Part shown: one piece after another, positions 37,135 to 51,400 of the stretch | Numbering within the stretch: position 1 is the stretch's first letter | Layout: the number at the start of each line of letters is the position of its first letter | Source: Chiloscyllium plagiosum | Lineage: Eukaryota | Assembly: GCF_004010195.1 (NCBI RefSeq) | Contig: NC_057720.1 | Coordinates: 24,257,806 to 24,321,805, forward strand | Direction of reading: 5' to 3' | DNA: 64,000 bases | Notes under the pieces: model-generated | The model's input: only the letters and a program-made list of their open reading frames with translations | The model's database searches: none | Told to the model about the DNA's origin: nothing | Position numbers and translations under genes: made by a program

Positions 37135-39035
37135 TTGTGGTTATGCTGAAACTGTAGAAAAAGATGGTTGGGCCACAGCTAGAGTGTTATGCCCAGTTCT
37201 AGAATTCATAACAGTAGAGATGTAATTGCACTGAAGAGGATGCAGAGGGGATATTTCCTGATCTAGAGAGTTCTAGGTATGTGTCGAAGAGTGTGGTGCT
37301 GAAAAAGCACAGCTAGTCAGGCATCATCTGAAGAGCAGATGAACTGATGTTTCGGGCATAAGCCCTTCATCAGAAATTAGGTTTGTGGGCCTAGGGGGCT
37401 GAAAGGTATGTGGAGAGATTGAATACACTGGGATTGTTTTCCTTGGTGCAGAAGAAACTGAGGGGAACATGACTAAGATGTATAAAATTGAGGGTCATAG
37501 ATAGGGTAGACAAGAAGGAACTGTTGTCCTTGGTGGAAAGGACAATGACCAGCGGGCATAACTTTAAGGTAAGAGGCAGGAGGTTTAGAGGAGATGTGAG
37601 GAATTTTTTTTTCATCTGGAGTGTAGTGGGAATTTGGAACTTACTGCCTGTAAGGGTTTTAGTAACAGAAACGCTCATAGCATTTAAGAAGTATTTAGAT
37701 GTACACTTGTGATGCTAAAACATAAAAAAAGAGCCAAATGCTGAGAAATGGGATTAGAATAATTAAATGCTTTTTTTTTATCATGCAGCTGACAAGTCAA
37801 AGGGTATTTTTCTCTGATGTAGACCTCAATAACTCTAAGTAACTTGTGTTATAGATAAAGGGGAACCAGTGGATATATTGTATTAGATTTTCATGCAGCA
37901 TTTGATAAGGTGCTATTTTAAAGATTGTTGTGGAAAATTAAAGTGCTGGATAGAGTGGTGATATCATATTGACACGGATAGAAGATTGGTTGGCTAACAG
38001 AAAGCAGAGAATAAATGGGTCTTTTTCAGGATGGCAGGATGTCACGAGTGTTCTGCCTCAGTGGCCAGATGTGTAGTCTGAACTCTACAACTTATATAAA
38101 TGACTTGGATGAGGGGATGCATGGTGTGATAGCTAAATCTGCTGATGACACAAAGAAAGTAGGAATCTGAGTTATGAAGAGGACATGAGCCTACAAAGCA
38201 TTTTTGAAAAGTTAAGTGAATGGGCAAAGATCTGCTGAATGAAATATAATGTAGGAAAGTGTGAAATTGTCCATTTTGGCAGAACGAAGCATGTTATCTA
38301 AATAGTGAGAGGTTGGAGATCTCCAAGATTCAGAGAGATCGTGGTATCCTAGTGTATAAATCACAGAAGGTTAGTATGCAGGTACAAGTAATTGGGAAAA
38401 CTATTGTGTCCTGTTTTATTTTGAGCAGAATTGAATGTAAGAGTAGGGATGTTAACCTTCAGTTGTACAGGACATCAGTGAGACTGCATCTGGAGTACTG
38501 ATTACAGACCTGTACTTACGAAAGGATGTTAATGCATTGGAAGCAGTTCGCAGAAGGTTTACTCGACTAATACCTGGAATAAGCAGCTTGTCTTATGAAT
38601 AAAGGATAGTGAGGCTTGGCCTGTATCTTCTGGAGTTTAGAAGAGTCAGAGGTGACTTAATTGAAAAGTATGAGATCCTGAGGGGACTTAATGGGGTAGA
38701 TGTTAAGAGGATATTTCCTCTTGTTCGAGAATGTAGAAAACAAGGGTTATGGGTTAAAAATAAGGAGTCACACATTTAAGAATGAAATGTGGAAGCATTT
38801 TCTTCTGAGGCTTTTGAGTTTCTGGAATTCTTTTTCTCAAAAGGCAATGGATTCAGAATCTTTAAGTACTTTAAAGGCAAAGGCAGATTTTTGATAACCA
38901 AGGTGATGAAATTTTATCGATATGCAAATAACGTAAAGTTCAGGTCAAACTTAGATCAGCTATGATCTTATCGAAAGTCAATGCAGGCTCAAAGGGCAGA
39001 CTGGTCTACTCTTAGTTTTCTTTTGAATGCTTGTA
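37135..39035 (+). mobile_element. Two tandem degenerate CR1 3' fragments, the first with a nested PLE-derived end (37284-37403)
   Basis: CR1 C-terminal motifs (GHNFKVRGRRFRGDVRNFF; LYRTSVRLHLEY); nested piece flanked by aggtatgtg repeats. Confidence 0.8.
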
Positions 39036-39242
39036 ATTCATACAGTAATCACAGTTTGCCAACAGATTGATAACCTAGCATGGCTGCCATGAAATACAAC
39101 CTATTTCAGGCACACTTTTGATTAAAAGTCTTAAAACAACTGTTGGCCATGTTGTTCTCATGAAAAATGAGATTAAATTGTATCAGTTACTAATAGTTAC
39201 TGTCTTCATATTTACTATTTTGTTTCTTTTTCCATTTTGCAG

Positions 39243-39360
39243 ATCTACCTGGAAAGGTCTTCCAGAGCTTACAAATGAAAATGGGGCATACTGTCCATTT
39301 AGTTGTGAAACCCAAGCCTGGTCACTAGCTACCATCCTAGAAGTACTGTATGAGCTGTGA
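39243..39360 (+). CDS. AGL: AGL final coding exon with stop codon
   Basis: ttttgcag acceptor; [38 protein letters not shown], matching the AGL C-terminus. Confidence 0.97.
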
Positions 39361-40885
39361 AGTGTAGTATCTTCGCTTTTGACAATTGCAATACATGAGT
39401 GAAAGTTGTTCTTTTTGTGTCCCTCCATAGTATTAAATACCATTTGCCATTTAACTGTACAGTTTTTGTGATCCAATTAAAAACATTAGATCACATCAAT
39501 GGGACAGGACAGTTGTGACATGAAGTTTTATGCAATCTCATATATTTTATCGTTCTTAAGTGACTAATATAATATAAGTGTTTTAAATTCATGATGTAAT
39601 GTGGCTGTGAGATTAACTGATGTGAGTTTATCTGCTTCTTGTTTGGCTATTAGCAGTGTTTGCACTTATCTGAAACTTGCTGTAAAAATGTTACGATACA
39701 AAAATGCAAAAATCCGAATTTAGAGTTTGACTTTTAAAAAGCTGATAAAAGCATTAAAAAGAATGCACTGTGCAAATCACAATTTGAACCTCATTGTAGC
39801 TATCACCGTTTTTGTGCTTAACAGCCAAGATGCATCAACATAAATTAAACATTACAAATTAATTGGAAAGTTAGAACTTCATAGCAACATTGAGGCACTT
39901 TCAAAAATATTTTGGATGAGTAGCAATAATAAGGTAATGTGCCAGATAAGCATTATCTTGCATACTACTGTACTCAAGCTTATTTTAAGCCCAATAGAAT
40001 GAGAGTTATTTTAAGGACTTGCATGATATTTGCACATGTAGAACTGGATTATTAAATTTTAATATTTGTGTTTAATTGAGTGGCAACTGGGTGTATGATA
40101 AATTCAACATTTTGATGGTACTGTTCGTCTTAACCTCATTATGTTGACATCGTGGTAGACTGTAGGTACATAACCATACTATATATGCATGTATTTTTGT
40201 ATCCAATTAAGGTAGAAAGTCAAAAACACACCAATGTCTGTGATTATCTGTAGCTAATTTCAGTAATTCTAAGAATGTCAACAAATGAGATAGCAGAGTT
40301 ATCTTCAGTTTCTGAAAGCTGCCGAAAGAGGTGTTCCATGCTGTCCATCTAAAATACTGTTGTCAAAACCAGGTAACATATTAAAGTATGTTAATATGTT
40401 ACCGTGTGCACAGTCTCGGTTTGCTTCTTGAATTAATAAGTACTTGTACTGGACCAGGCAAAGATTGGCAATTTGACTATTTGGAGGATAAGATCACAGT
40501 GCAAATACCTCAAGCAACTTTTCTGTCTTCATTCCTAAGTATAGCATATGATGTACATTATTCAGTAAAACCCTCCAATTAATGAAGAAATTAGCCAAAC
40601 AATCGTTTGAAAATAGTGCCACTTTTCATCTATAATTTGGGAAGATTCTCTGAGCTTTTTTTGTATTAAGAGGAAGGTTGGCTAGAAACTGAACAGCATA
40701 TGACATTGTCTGCAGATATAAGTGAATATTAAAAACTCATTCAGACTACAAGTTTTGTGCCTGTATGGTTTTTTTCACAATGTGATTTTCAATGTGTTTG
40801 TTAATTTGTACATTTTTTTTTAAATTTTATTATGCTTCATTAGATTTATAGTTTTGAAATTAAATATCTTTCATTCAGTATCTGC
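39361..40885 (+). other. AGL: Putative AGL 3' UTR
   Basis: AT-rich, transposon-free stretch after the stop; repeats resume near 41010. Confidence 0.6.
40859..40864 (+). terminator. Candidate polyadenylation signal ATTAAA
   Basis: Preceded by TGTA and U-rich elements (tttgtacatttttttt); other ATTAAA hexamers exist upstream. Confidence 0.5.
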
Positions 40886-42544
40886 AACCTATTGGTAATG
40901 GTGATTATTGCATTTTGAATGCAAAAGATAAAAGGTAATGAGAATACATGGCATTAGCTCCATATGACATTGGTTATAATGGTGTTCTATATTTGTAAAG
41001 ATTAAGAACAAGAACAAAGAACAGTACAGCTCAGGAACAGGTCCTACGTCCCACCAAGACTGCGACAACACATGATGCCTTTCTAAACTAAAAAACTGGT
41101 CTTTGTATGGTCTGTATCCCTCTATTCCCTGCCCATTCATATATCTGTCAAGATGCCTCAATCTTATATCCGCCTCCATCACATTATCCAGCAGCTCATT
41201 CCAGACACTTTCCGCCCTCTGGTTTAAAAAAAGAACTTGCCTCTCTTATCTCCTTTCAACTTGCTCCTTTTAACCTTAAACCTATGTCCCCTATTAATTG
41301 ACATTTCTACTCTGGGGGAAAAAGATTCTGACTATCCATCCCTCTCATAATTTTGTACACTTGTATCAGAATGCCCCTCATCCTTCGCATTCAAGTGAAA
41401 ACAAACCAAGTCTGTACTATCTCTTCTCATAGCTGGGCAACATTCAGGTAAACTATTTCTGTACCCTGTCCAAAGCATTCATAACACCTTTGTAGTCTGG
41501 TGACTGGAACTGTGTACAATATTCTAAATTAGGCCAAACTAAAATCTTATACAGCTACAATATGGCTTTCCACTTTTCATATTCTACGCCCTGACCAATG
41601 AAGACAACCATGTCATATGCCCTCTTTACGAGCTTATCCACATGTTTTTCCTTATGATCAGGATAGTGGGTTTGGAGGGTGCTGCCTAGAACTTTTATCT
41701 GCTGCAATGTTTAAGATTGTGGATGAGGTACTGATCAATGGGCTTGTTTACTTCATATGGTGTTGAGCTTCTTAAGTATTTGTGGGAAGTATTCTATTCC
41801 TTGTTCTTGTAGCCACAGTATTTTTATGGATGGACAAGTTGAGATTCTGGTCAATGGTACCCCTCAGGATGAAGATGGGCAAGAGATTCAGTGATAGTCT
41901 TAAAAGGAGATGATCAGATTCTCTTTGAATAGTCCTTGCTCAGCACCTGTCTGGCACAAATGTACATGCAACTTAACCGAATGTTGTCCAGCTGTTTTTG
42001 CATATGGGCAGACTGCTTCAACATCTGAGGAATTGTGAAGGGTGCTGCACATTATGCAGTCATTTTCAAGCATCCCCTTTATCTGACCTTATGATGGAGG
42101 ATGGGTAGTTGGCCTAGGATACTGCACTGACAGCCAGTAGATGAGATGATTGAGTTCCAACAACCCAGCGCCATATGCCTTTGCATTAGGTATGACTTGA
42201 ATGAATAGGTTCCCTTTGATTCTCATTGACTTTAATTTTGTTAGGGCCCTTTGTGCCTAATTAGGCTCATATTCAAATAATATATTGATGTTAAGGAATG
42301 TGAGATAAAAGTCTTAGATTTGAGTACGTTGGTTCCAGTGTTTACCGTCTTTCTTCTTATAAAGTTTCAATGCTACCACTCAGTTTCCAGTGGCAATTGC
42401 TATTCAGCTCCAAGATTTGACTTATTCTTTGTCTATAGACTAGTTTGGCATAGTTGTATCAATGGAGTTATGCATTATAGGAAATGGTTTCATTAAAGTG
42501 TTCATGGCACTGCCCTCTGCCACCACTACCAACACAATGACCTG

Positions 42545-42807
42545 TCCAAGGTCTTTCCCATCTATCCATTCCATCATCCTATCCGACCTTTTCCCCCACC
42601 TTCATCTACCTATTGCGTTTTCAGCTAACTTCCCCCCCATACCCCCATTTATCTCTCAGCCCAAGCCCACATGCCTCATTCCTGTTGAAGGGCTTTTGCC
42701 CGAAACGTTGATTTTCCTCCTTCTCAGATGCTGCCTGACCTACTGTACTTTTCCAGCACCACACTCTCGACTCTGATCTCCAGCATCTGCAGTCCTCATT
42801 TTCTCCT
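42545..42807 (+). mobile_element. 3' end of PLE-related family (longer form of the palindromic mini-elements)
   Basis: Ends gatgctgcctgacc...ctctgatctccagcatctgcagtcctcattttctcc as in 23408 and 62680 elements; core mutated (CTGTTGA). Confidence 0.7.
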
Positions 42808-43831
42808 GTTGTAGCATTTGCCTGATTGGTACTGCTCCCACTTCATATCTGCAAGTATGTGGCTTAGGATAAGACCTCTCTGAGTGAGTACACTCATCTG
42901 TTTATGTAGCATCTAGGACCTGGTAAATTTAATTCCTGAAGATAAACCAAACTGAACAAGATGACATGGGAAGTATGTGTCGAATGTTGCTTCTGTTCCC
43001 ATTGTTTTGCTTTAATTTCTCTAAGTTATTAGGACTGGAAATCTTTTTTAAGTGACTGAAGATTCATTTTAACATTGTTTACTGCAATAGTTTGCCAACC
43101 CAATTGGTGTTGCTTTTTACAAGTTCTCCCTCTCTGACATGAAGCCTCCAACTTGTGGTCAGTTCCTGTGCCATACCACTGTCTAAGATCTTCACCACGG
43201 AGCTGCTACTGACCAGATACCCAGATCACTTCCACTGGAGTCGTTGCTGGCTCCTGGCCCTGCTGAAGCCCACCATCACCTCTCCAACCACCACCACCTA
43301 CAAACAGTCTGTACAGGCCATTGTGTTGAGGAGATGATGGAGTGACCACAGCTACTAAGCTGGGCAGTGTTTCCTTTCCTGGGTGAACTCAGTAGTCTCC
43401 CCTCCATCCCCAAGTTGGTGATCAGAACTGCAGGGCCCCTATAGCAGACTGAAGCAGCAACCAGCAAGGAAGGATATGCAGTCCTATAAACACCAGGAGC
43501 CCAAACAGTAGCCCAGGACTCCACAGGAACACCCCTTCCCGAACCTTCAAATAAACCAACCAGGAGTGGCCCCTCTTGGAAGATACAGGAGATACTGGCA
43601 GTAGATTGTTTTAATATTTTTAAATTTTATCTTGATAGTGTTGTAAAACAGAGAGACCTAGGGGTTCAGGTACATAATAATTTGAAGTTTGCATCACATT
43701 TACGTAGGGTTAAAAAGGTGTTTAGCGCACTTGCTTTCGTTGCTCAGACTTCTGAGTGTAGGAGTTGTGACGTTACGTTGAGTTTGTACATGACATTAAT
43801 GAGGTCTGTTCTAGACTACTGTATCCAGTTA

Positions 43832-46800
43832 TAGAGTCATAGAGATGTACAGCATGGAAATAGACCCTTCGGTCCAACCTGTCCATGTCGACCAGATATC
43901 CCAACCCAATCTAGTCCCACCTGCCAGCAGCCGGTCCATATCCCTCCAAACCCTTTCTATTCACATACTCATCCAAATGCCTCTTAAATGTTGCAATTAT
44001 ACCAGCCTCCACCACTTCCTCTGCCAGCTTATTCCATATATGTACCACCCTCTGTGTGAAAAGGTTGCCCCTTAGGTCTCTTTTATATCTTTTCCCTCTC
44101 ACCCTAAACCTATGCCCTCTAGTTCTGGACTCCCCGACCCCAGGGAAAAGACTTTACCAATTTATCCTAACCATGCCCCTCATGATTTTGTAAACCTCTA
44201 CCCCTCAAGCTCCGATGCACCAGAGAAAACAGCCCCAGCCTGTTCAGCCTCTCCCTACAGCTCAAATCCTCCAACCCTGGCAACATCCTTGTAAATCTTT
44301 TCTGAACCTTTCAAGTTTCACAACATCTTTCCGATAGGAAAGAGACCAGAATTGCAATATTCCAACAGTGGCCTAACCAATGTCCTGTACAGCCGCTATA
44401 TGATGTCCCAACTCCTGTACTCAATACTCTGACCAATTAAAGAAAGCATACCAAATGCCGCCTTCACTATCCTATTTACCTGTGACTCCACTTTCAAGGT
44501 GCTATGAGCCTGCACTCCAAGGTCTCTTGTTCATCAACATTCCCTAGGTATATAAGTGCTGCTAAGATTTGTTTTCCCAAAATGCAGCACCTCGCATTTA
44601 TCTGAATTAAACTCCATCTGCCACGTCTCAGCCCATTGGATCTGAGGTAACCTTCTTCGCTGTCCACTACACCTCCAATTTTGGTGTCATCTGCAAACTG
44701 TACCTCTTATGCTCACATCCAAATCACTTATGTAAATGACAAAAAGTAGTGGACCCAGCACTGATTCTTGTAGCACTCCACTGGTCACAGGCCTCCAGTC
44801 TGAAAAACAACCCTCCACCACCACCCTCTGTCTTCTACCTTTGAGCCAGTTCTGTATCCAAATGGCTAGTTCTCCCTGTATTCCGTGAGATCTAACCTTG
44901 CTAACCAATCTTCCATGGGGAACCTTGTTGAATGCCTTACTGAAGTCCATAAAGATCATATCTACCACTCTGCCCTCATCAATCCTCTTTGTTACTATTT
45001 CAAAATACTCAATCAAGTTTGTGAGACATGATTTCCCATGCACAAAGACTATCCCGAATCAGTCCTTGCCTTTCCAAATACATGTACATCCTGTCCCTCA
45101 GGACTCCCCACAACAACTTGCCCACCACCGACATCAGGCTCACTGGTCTATACTTCCCTGGCTTGTCCTTACCACCCTTCTTAAATAGTGGCACCACATT
45201 AGCCAACTTCCAGTCTTCCGGCACCTCACCTGCGATTATCGATGATACAAATATCTCAACAAGAGGCCCAGCAATCACTTCTCTAGCTTCCCACAGAGTT
45301 CTAGGGTACACCTGATCAGGTCCTAGGGATTTATCCACCTTTATGCATTTCAAGACATCCAGCACTTCCTCCTCTGTAATATGGACATTTTGCAAGGCGT
45401 CAGTATCTGTTTTCCTACATTCTATATCTTCCATATCCTTTTCCACAGTAAATACTGATGCAAAAGACTCGTTTAGTATCTCCCTCATTTTCTGCGGCTC
45501 TACACAAAGGCCTCCTTACTGATCTTTGAGGGGCCTTATTCTCTCCCTAGTTACCCTTTTGTCCTTAATGTATTTGTAAAAACCCTTTGGATTCTCCTTA
45601 ATTCTATTTGCCAAAACTATCTCCTGTCCCCTTTTTGCCCTCCTGATTTCCCTCTTAAGTATACTCCTACTTTCTTTATACTCTTCTAAGGATTCACTAG
45701 ATCTATCCTGTCTATACCTGACATATACTTCCTTCTTTTTCTTAACCAAACCCTCAATTTCTTTAGTCATCCAGCATTCCCTATACCTACCAGCCTTCCC
45801 TTTCACCCTGACAGGAATATACTTTCTCTGGATTCTCGTTATCTCATTTCTGAAGGCTTCCCATTTTCCAACTGTCCTTTTACGTGCGAACATCTGCCTC
45901 CAATTAGCAGATGTTCTTGCCTAATACCGTCAAAATTAGCCTTTCTCCAATTTAGAATTTCAACTTTTAGATCTGGTCTATCCTTTTCCATCACTATATA
46001 AAATCTAATGGAATTATGGTCGCTGGCCCCAAAGTGCTCCCCCCACTGACACCTCAGTCACCTGCCCTGCCTTATTTCCCAAGAGTAGGTCAAGTTTTGC
46101 ACCTTCTCTAGTAAGTGCATCCACATACTGAATCAGAAAATTTTCTTGTACACACTTAACAAATTCTTCTCCATCTAAACCCTTAACAATATGGCAGTCC
46201 CAGTCTATGTTTGGAACGTTAAAATCCCCTACCATAACCACACTATTATTCTTACAGATAGGTGAGATTACATTACAAGTTTGTTTCTCAATTTCCCTCT
46301 GACTATTAGGGGATCTATAATACAATCCCAATAAGGTGATCGTCCCTTTCTTATTTCTCAGTTCCACCCAAATGTATTTCCAGGAATACCCTCCCTCAGC
46401 ACAGCTGTAATGCTATCCCTTATCAAAAATGCCACTCCCCCTCCTTTCTTGCCTGACTTTCTATCCTTCCTGTAGCATATGTATCCTGGAACATTAAGCT
46501 GCCAGTCCTGCCCATCCCTGAGCCATGTTTCTGTAATTGCTATGATATCCCAGTCCCATGTTCCTAACCATGCCCTGAGTTCATCTGCCTTCCCTGTTAG
46601 GCTCCTTGCATTGAAATAAATGCAGTTTAACTTATTAGTCCTACCTTATCCCTGACTGTTTGACTCACTTCTGTTCTCACCTGTACCAGTCTCAGATTGA
46701 TCTCTTTCCTCACTATCTCCCTGGGTCCCAACCCCCACCTTATGAGTTAAAATCCTCCCGAGCATCTCTAGCAAATCTCCTTGCCAGTATATTAGTCCCC

Positions 46801-47357
46801 TTCCAATTTAGGTGCAATCCGTCCTTCTTGTACAGGTCACTTCTACCCCAAAAGAGATTCCAATGATTCAAAAATGTGAATCCTTCTCCTATATACCAGC
46901 TCCTCAGCCATGCATTTATCTGTTCTATCCTCCTATTCCTGCCCTCATTAGCTCGTAGCACTCGGAGTATTCCAGATATTACTACTCTCAAGGACCTCCT
47001 TTTTAAATTCCTGCCTAACTCTCTATAATCACCCTTCCGAATCTCGACCTTTTCCCTTCCCATGTCGTTGGTTTCAATGTGGACAATGATCTCTTGCAGG
47101 CCCCCTCCCCCCTTGAGAACATTCTGCACCCTCTCTGAAACATCCTTGATCCTGGCAGCAGGGAAGCAACACACCATTCTGATTTTTCGCTGCTGGCCAC
47201 AGAAACGTCTGTCTGTACCTCGGACTAGAGAATCCCCTAACACAATTGATCTCTTGGAACCCAATGTATCCCTCATTGCATTAGAGCCAGTCTCAATATC
47301 AGAAACTTGGCTGTTTGTGTTACGTTCCCCTGAGAATCCATCACTCCCTACATTTTT
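43832..47357 (-). mobile_element. Long CR1 LINE: ORF1 GDSL/SGNH esterase-like, ORF2 endonuclease and RT, disrupted; nested in an older + strand CR1
   Basis: SIVLGDSLVRGTDRRF (ORF1), GLYYRSP / VMVGDFN (APE endonuclease), DFSKAFNKVPH and LGPLLF (RT); ctctatgactcta tail; host fragments at ~43640-43830 and ~47358-47725. Confidence 0.93.
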
Positions 47358-47740
47358 CTCCATGTTGTAGGAAGAATATTATTCAGCTGGAGGGGGTTCA
47401 TAAGAGATTTACGAGGGTGACATTGGGAATGCAGGGTTTAAATTGTAAAGAGAGGCTGGATAGGCTGGGACTTTTTTCATTGAAGCATAGGAGGTTGAGA
47501 GGTGACCTTTTATAGAGGTTTATAAAATCATGAGGGGTATGATTAGTGGCAGATATCTTTTCCCTACAGTTGGGGATTTTATGACTAGGAGGTATATTTT
47601 TAAGTGGAGAGGAGAAAAATTTACAAAAATGAAGGACTTTTTTTTTAAACAATGGTTTATGTGTGGAAAGAACTTTCAGGGAAATTGACTGTTTGGACTA
47701 AAGGATCTGTTTCTGTGCTATATGCTGATAGTTATTTCAC

Positions 47741-47991
47741 TTACCCATGTAGGAATTAAACATTTTAAAGTACTGTAATTCAACTTGGACGATAAAGCTA
47801 TCGTGATTTTGTTTTGTGCTAAAGAAGTCCCTACAGAACATGTATCCAATTTTAACATCAATTCCCATTAGAGTTAATATTAAAATGATACATGTTCTGT
47901 CGGGACTTCTTTAACACAAAAACAAACATGATAACTTTCCCCTCCAAGTTGAAAGACAGTACTTTAAAATGTTTAATTCCTACACTGGTAA
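47741..47991. repeat. Imperfect ~250 bp palindrome (MITE-like)
   Basis: ~115 bp arms: tgtaggaattaaacattttaaagtactgt versus acagtactttaaaatgtttaattcctaca, and aaagaagtccc versus gggacttcttt. Confidence 0.8.
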
Positions 47992-48404
47992 AAGTATCTT
48001 TTCAATTAAAGTATCTTTTTAGGAAAGCAACCCCCATGCTAAGGGAAGATAACCTGTACATCTCGCTATGAAGGCTAACGTCAAATCTAATTACCTCCAC
48101 CCAAAGGCACTGATATTGAGTAGAACTTATGCAATTTCAATATGAACTCCTTCACCACCATTGCCTTAGATAAATTATCCATTCTTTGGAAGAATTGCAC
48201 ATCTTTAAATTATATTTTTCTTACCTGTATCTTCAAATATTATAATATATCCAGAACATTTAAGCACTCAAAAAACATGATAATTATTGTACATGATTAC
48301 AAAAGGGTGAAACAACATGCAAGCATTACAACTTATTGTGCAATGTTTGAGTCACTGAGATGTTAAGGATTAATCAATGTTGAGTTATTTCAGTTTAAGA
48401 GAAT

Positions 48405-49665
48405 GTAGAACTTTATACCACAAGAACAGGCTCTTTGACCCATCATGTATGCACCAACCATTGTCCATTCTAATCTAATCCCATCTGTCTCCACATGGCC
48501 CATATCTCTCTCTTCCGTGTCTGTTCAGGTGTCCATGTAAATGCCTTTTAAACACAGCTGGCATATCTATTACTACCATCTCCCCTGGCAATGCATTCCA
48601 AGAACCTACAACTCTCTGTGTAAAAGAAATACTGCCTCTCACATTTGTTTAAGCTTTCCCCATTCTCACCTTAAATCTTGCCCTTTAGTATTTGACATTT
48701 CCACCATGAAGAAAAAAGACTCCAATTATCCACTCAATCCATGCATCTTATAATTTTATATCAGGTTGCTTCACAGTGTCTGATGCTCCAACAAAAGCAA
48801 TCCAGTTTGTCCAACCTCTCCTTATTGCTAATATACTCCAAACTAGGCAACAGCCTGGCAAACCTTTTTTGCAATCTCTCTCCAAAGTCTCCACATCTTT
48901 CCTATAGTATGGTAACTGGAACTGCTTGCATTTCTCCAAATGTGCCAAACTAAAGTTTTATACAACTGCAGCATGACTTGTCAATGTTTATACTCTGTGC
49001 CCTGACCAATAAAGGCAAGCAGGTCATATGCCTTCTTTACCATCATATCCATTTGCCTTGTCACTTTGAGGGAGCTATGCACTTGTATCCCAAGATCACT
49101 GTATAACAATGCTCTTAAGGGTCCTGCCATTTGCTGTATACTTCCCTCTTGCATTTGACCTCCCATAATTCATTCTTCACACTTGTCGAAATTAAATTCC
49201 ATCTACCATTTCTCCATCTGATCTATATACTGTGGTATCCTTTGACAACCTTCCTCACTATTCACAACTCCATGAATTTTTGTGTCTTCTGCAAACTTAC
49301 TAATCAGACCTCCTATGCTTATATCCAAATATATATTACAAACAGAGGTCCCAGCACTGATCATTGCAGAACACTAACCTCCAGTCAGAGAAATACACTT
49401 CCACAAATACCCTTTGTCTTCTATGGCTAAGCCAATTTTATGTCCAACTTACCAATTAATCGTGGATCCCATTTGACTTAATCTTCTGGACCAACTACAA
49501 TGAGGGACCTTGCCATATACTATGTTAAAGTTCATGTTGACAACTCTCATCAATCGTCTTCACCACTTCCTGAAAACCACCATCAAATTTGTAAAACAAG
49601 ACCTTCACCACACAAAGCTTGCTGACAATCCCTAATTAGTCAATCTTTTTCCAGACGTGAGTAAA
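48405..49665 (-). mobile_element. Degenerate CR1 LINE
   Basis: Minus strand PYYRKDVETLE, DLGIQVHSSLKV...KKAY. Confidence 0.8.
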
Positions 49666-50114
49666 TGTCTTATGTCTTATGTATTATGTGTAATGACTTT
49701 ACATTTAGGAATTTGCATGCAATTTAGATGTCCAAATGCCAGGTAGAAGAATGAAGTATTATCTATAAAAATGCATTTCTAAAACATGGTAATGTAAGCA
49801 TTTTTTAAAATAACCATCCTGTGAAACAAACAGCCTATTGAACAAGGCAATTGTGAATGACTCAGCAAATTGGCTCTCGCTGTGGTTTCAATGAGATAGT
49901 CAGCTCTCTCACTTCACATGACAAAAGGGCTGCACTCCAAAAAGCATGGGATTTCAAATAAACCTTTTGGACTATAACTTGATGTCACATGACTTCTGAC
50001 TTTGACCACCCCAGTCTGACACCAGCATCTCCCCATCAATGAGATAGAACATTTGTTCTTGATTTAAGGAATCATATAATGCAGACGCGGTTTGAAATAA
50101 CCACAGAACAGCTT

Positions 50115-51400
50115 TTACCTTTCCTTCTTCCACCAGGTTCCCCATGATAGACTGATTAATAAAGTTAGATTACATGGGATCCAGGAAGAGCTAGCCAATT
50201 AAATATAAAATTGGCTTGATGATAGGAGAGAGGGTGTTGGGACAGGGTTGTTATTCAGACTGGAGGCAGTGTGCCATGAGGATCGGTGCTGGATCCATTG
50301 TTGTTCACCACTTATATAAATGACTTGGATAAGATTATAGGAGTCATAGTTAGTAAGTTTGCAGATGACACCAATATTGGTGATTAGTGGACAGTGAAGA
50401 AGGTTATTTAAGCGTACAATGGGATCTTGATCAACTGGGCCAATGTGCTGAGGAATGGCAGATGGAGTTTAATTTAGATAAATGCAAGGTGTTGTATTTT
50501 TGTAAAACAAACCAAGGCAGGATTTGCAGTTAATGGTAGCACCCTGGAGAGTGGTGAAGAAGGCATTTGGCATGCTTGCCTTCATCAGTATAAGAAGGAT
50601 GTTATTAAACTGTAAATGTTGCTAAAAAGATTTACCAAGACTGTAGGGTTTGAGCTATAAGGAGAGGCTGGATAGGCAGGGACTTTTTACACTGGAGCAT
50701 AGAAAGTTGGAGGGTGAGCTTAGAGGTTTATAAAATCATCAGGCGCATAGATAAGGTGAATATCCAAGGTCTTTTCTCCAGGGTGAGGGAGTATAAAACT
50801 AGATAAGACTGCTGCCTCACAGCGCCTGAGACCCGGGTTCAATTCCCGCCTCAGGCGACTGACTGTGTGGAGTTTGCACGTTCTCCCCGTGTCTGCGTGG
50901 GTTTCCTCCGGGTGCTCCGGTTTCCTCCCACAGTCACAAAGATGTGCAGGTTAGGTGAATTGGCCATACTAAATTGCCCGTAGTGTTAGGTAAGGGGTAA
51001 ATGTAGGGGTAGGGGTATGGGTGGGTTTCGCTTCGGCGGGTCGGTGTGGACTTGTTGGGCCGAAGGGCCTGTTTCTACACTGTAATGTAATCTAATCTAA
51101 TCTAATCTAATCTAATCTAGATGGCATAGGTTTAAGGTGAAGGGGAAAAAATATAAAAGGGATCTGAGGGTCACTTTTTACACACAGATGGTGGTGCCTA
51201 TACAAAATGAGCTCCAGAGGAAGTGGTAGAGGTGTATAAAATTACATTTAAAAGACATTTGGACAGATAGTTGAATATGAAAGGTTCAGAGACTTATGGG
51301 CCAAACATGGGCAAATGGGGCTAGTTCAGTTCAGAAACCTGGTCGTCACACAAGTTTTGGGCCAAAGGGCTTGATTCCATTGCTGTATGACTCTATGATC
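50115..51400 (+). mobile_element. Degenerate CR1 LINE containing a 5'-truncated HE1-like SINE (50808-51118)
   Basis: SKFADDT motif and CR1 3' tail; SINE V-domain with (AATCT)n tail. Confidence 0.82.

Noticed and set aside
50992..51026. G-run cluster (potential G-quadruplex)
   Set aside because: Part of the SINE subfamily sequence with a small slippage duplication; no locus-specific evidence
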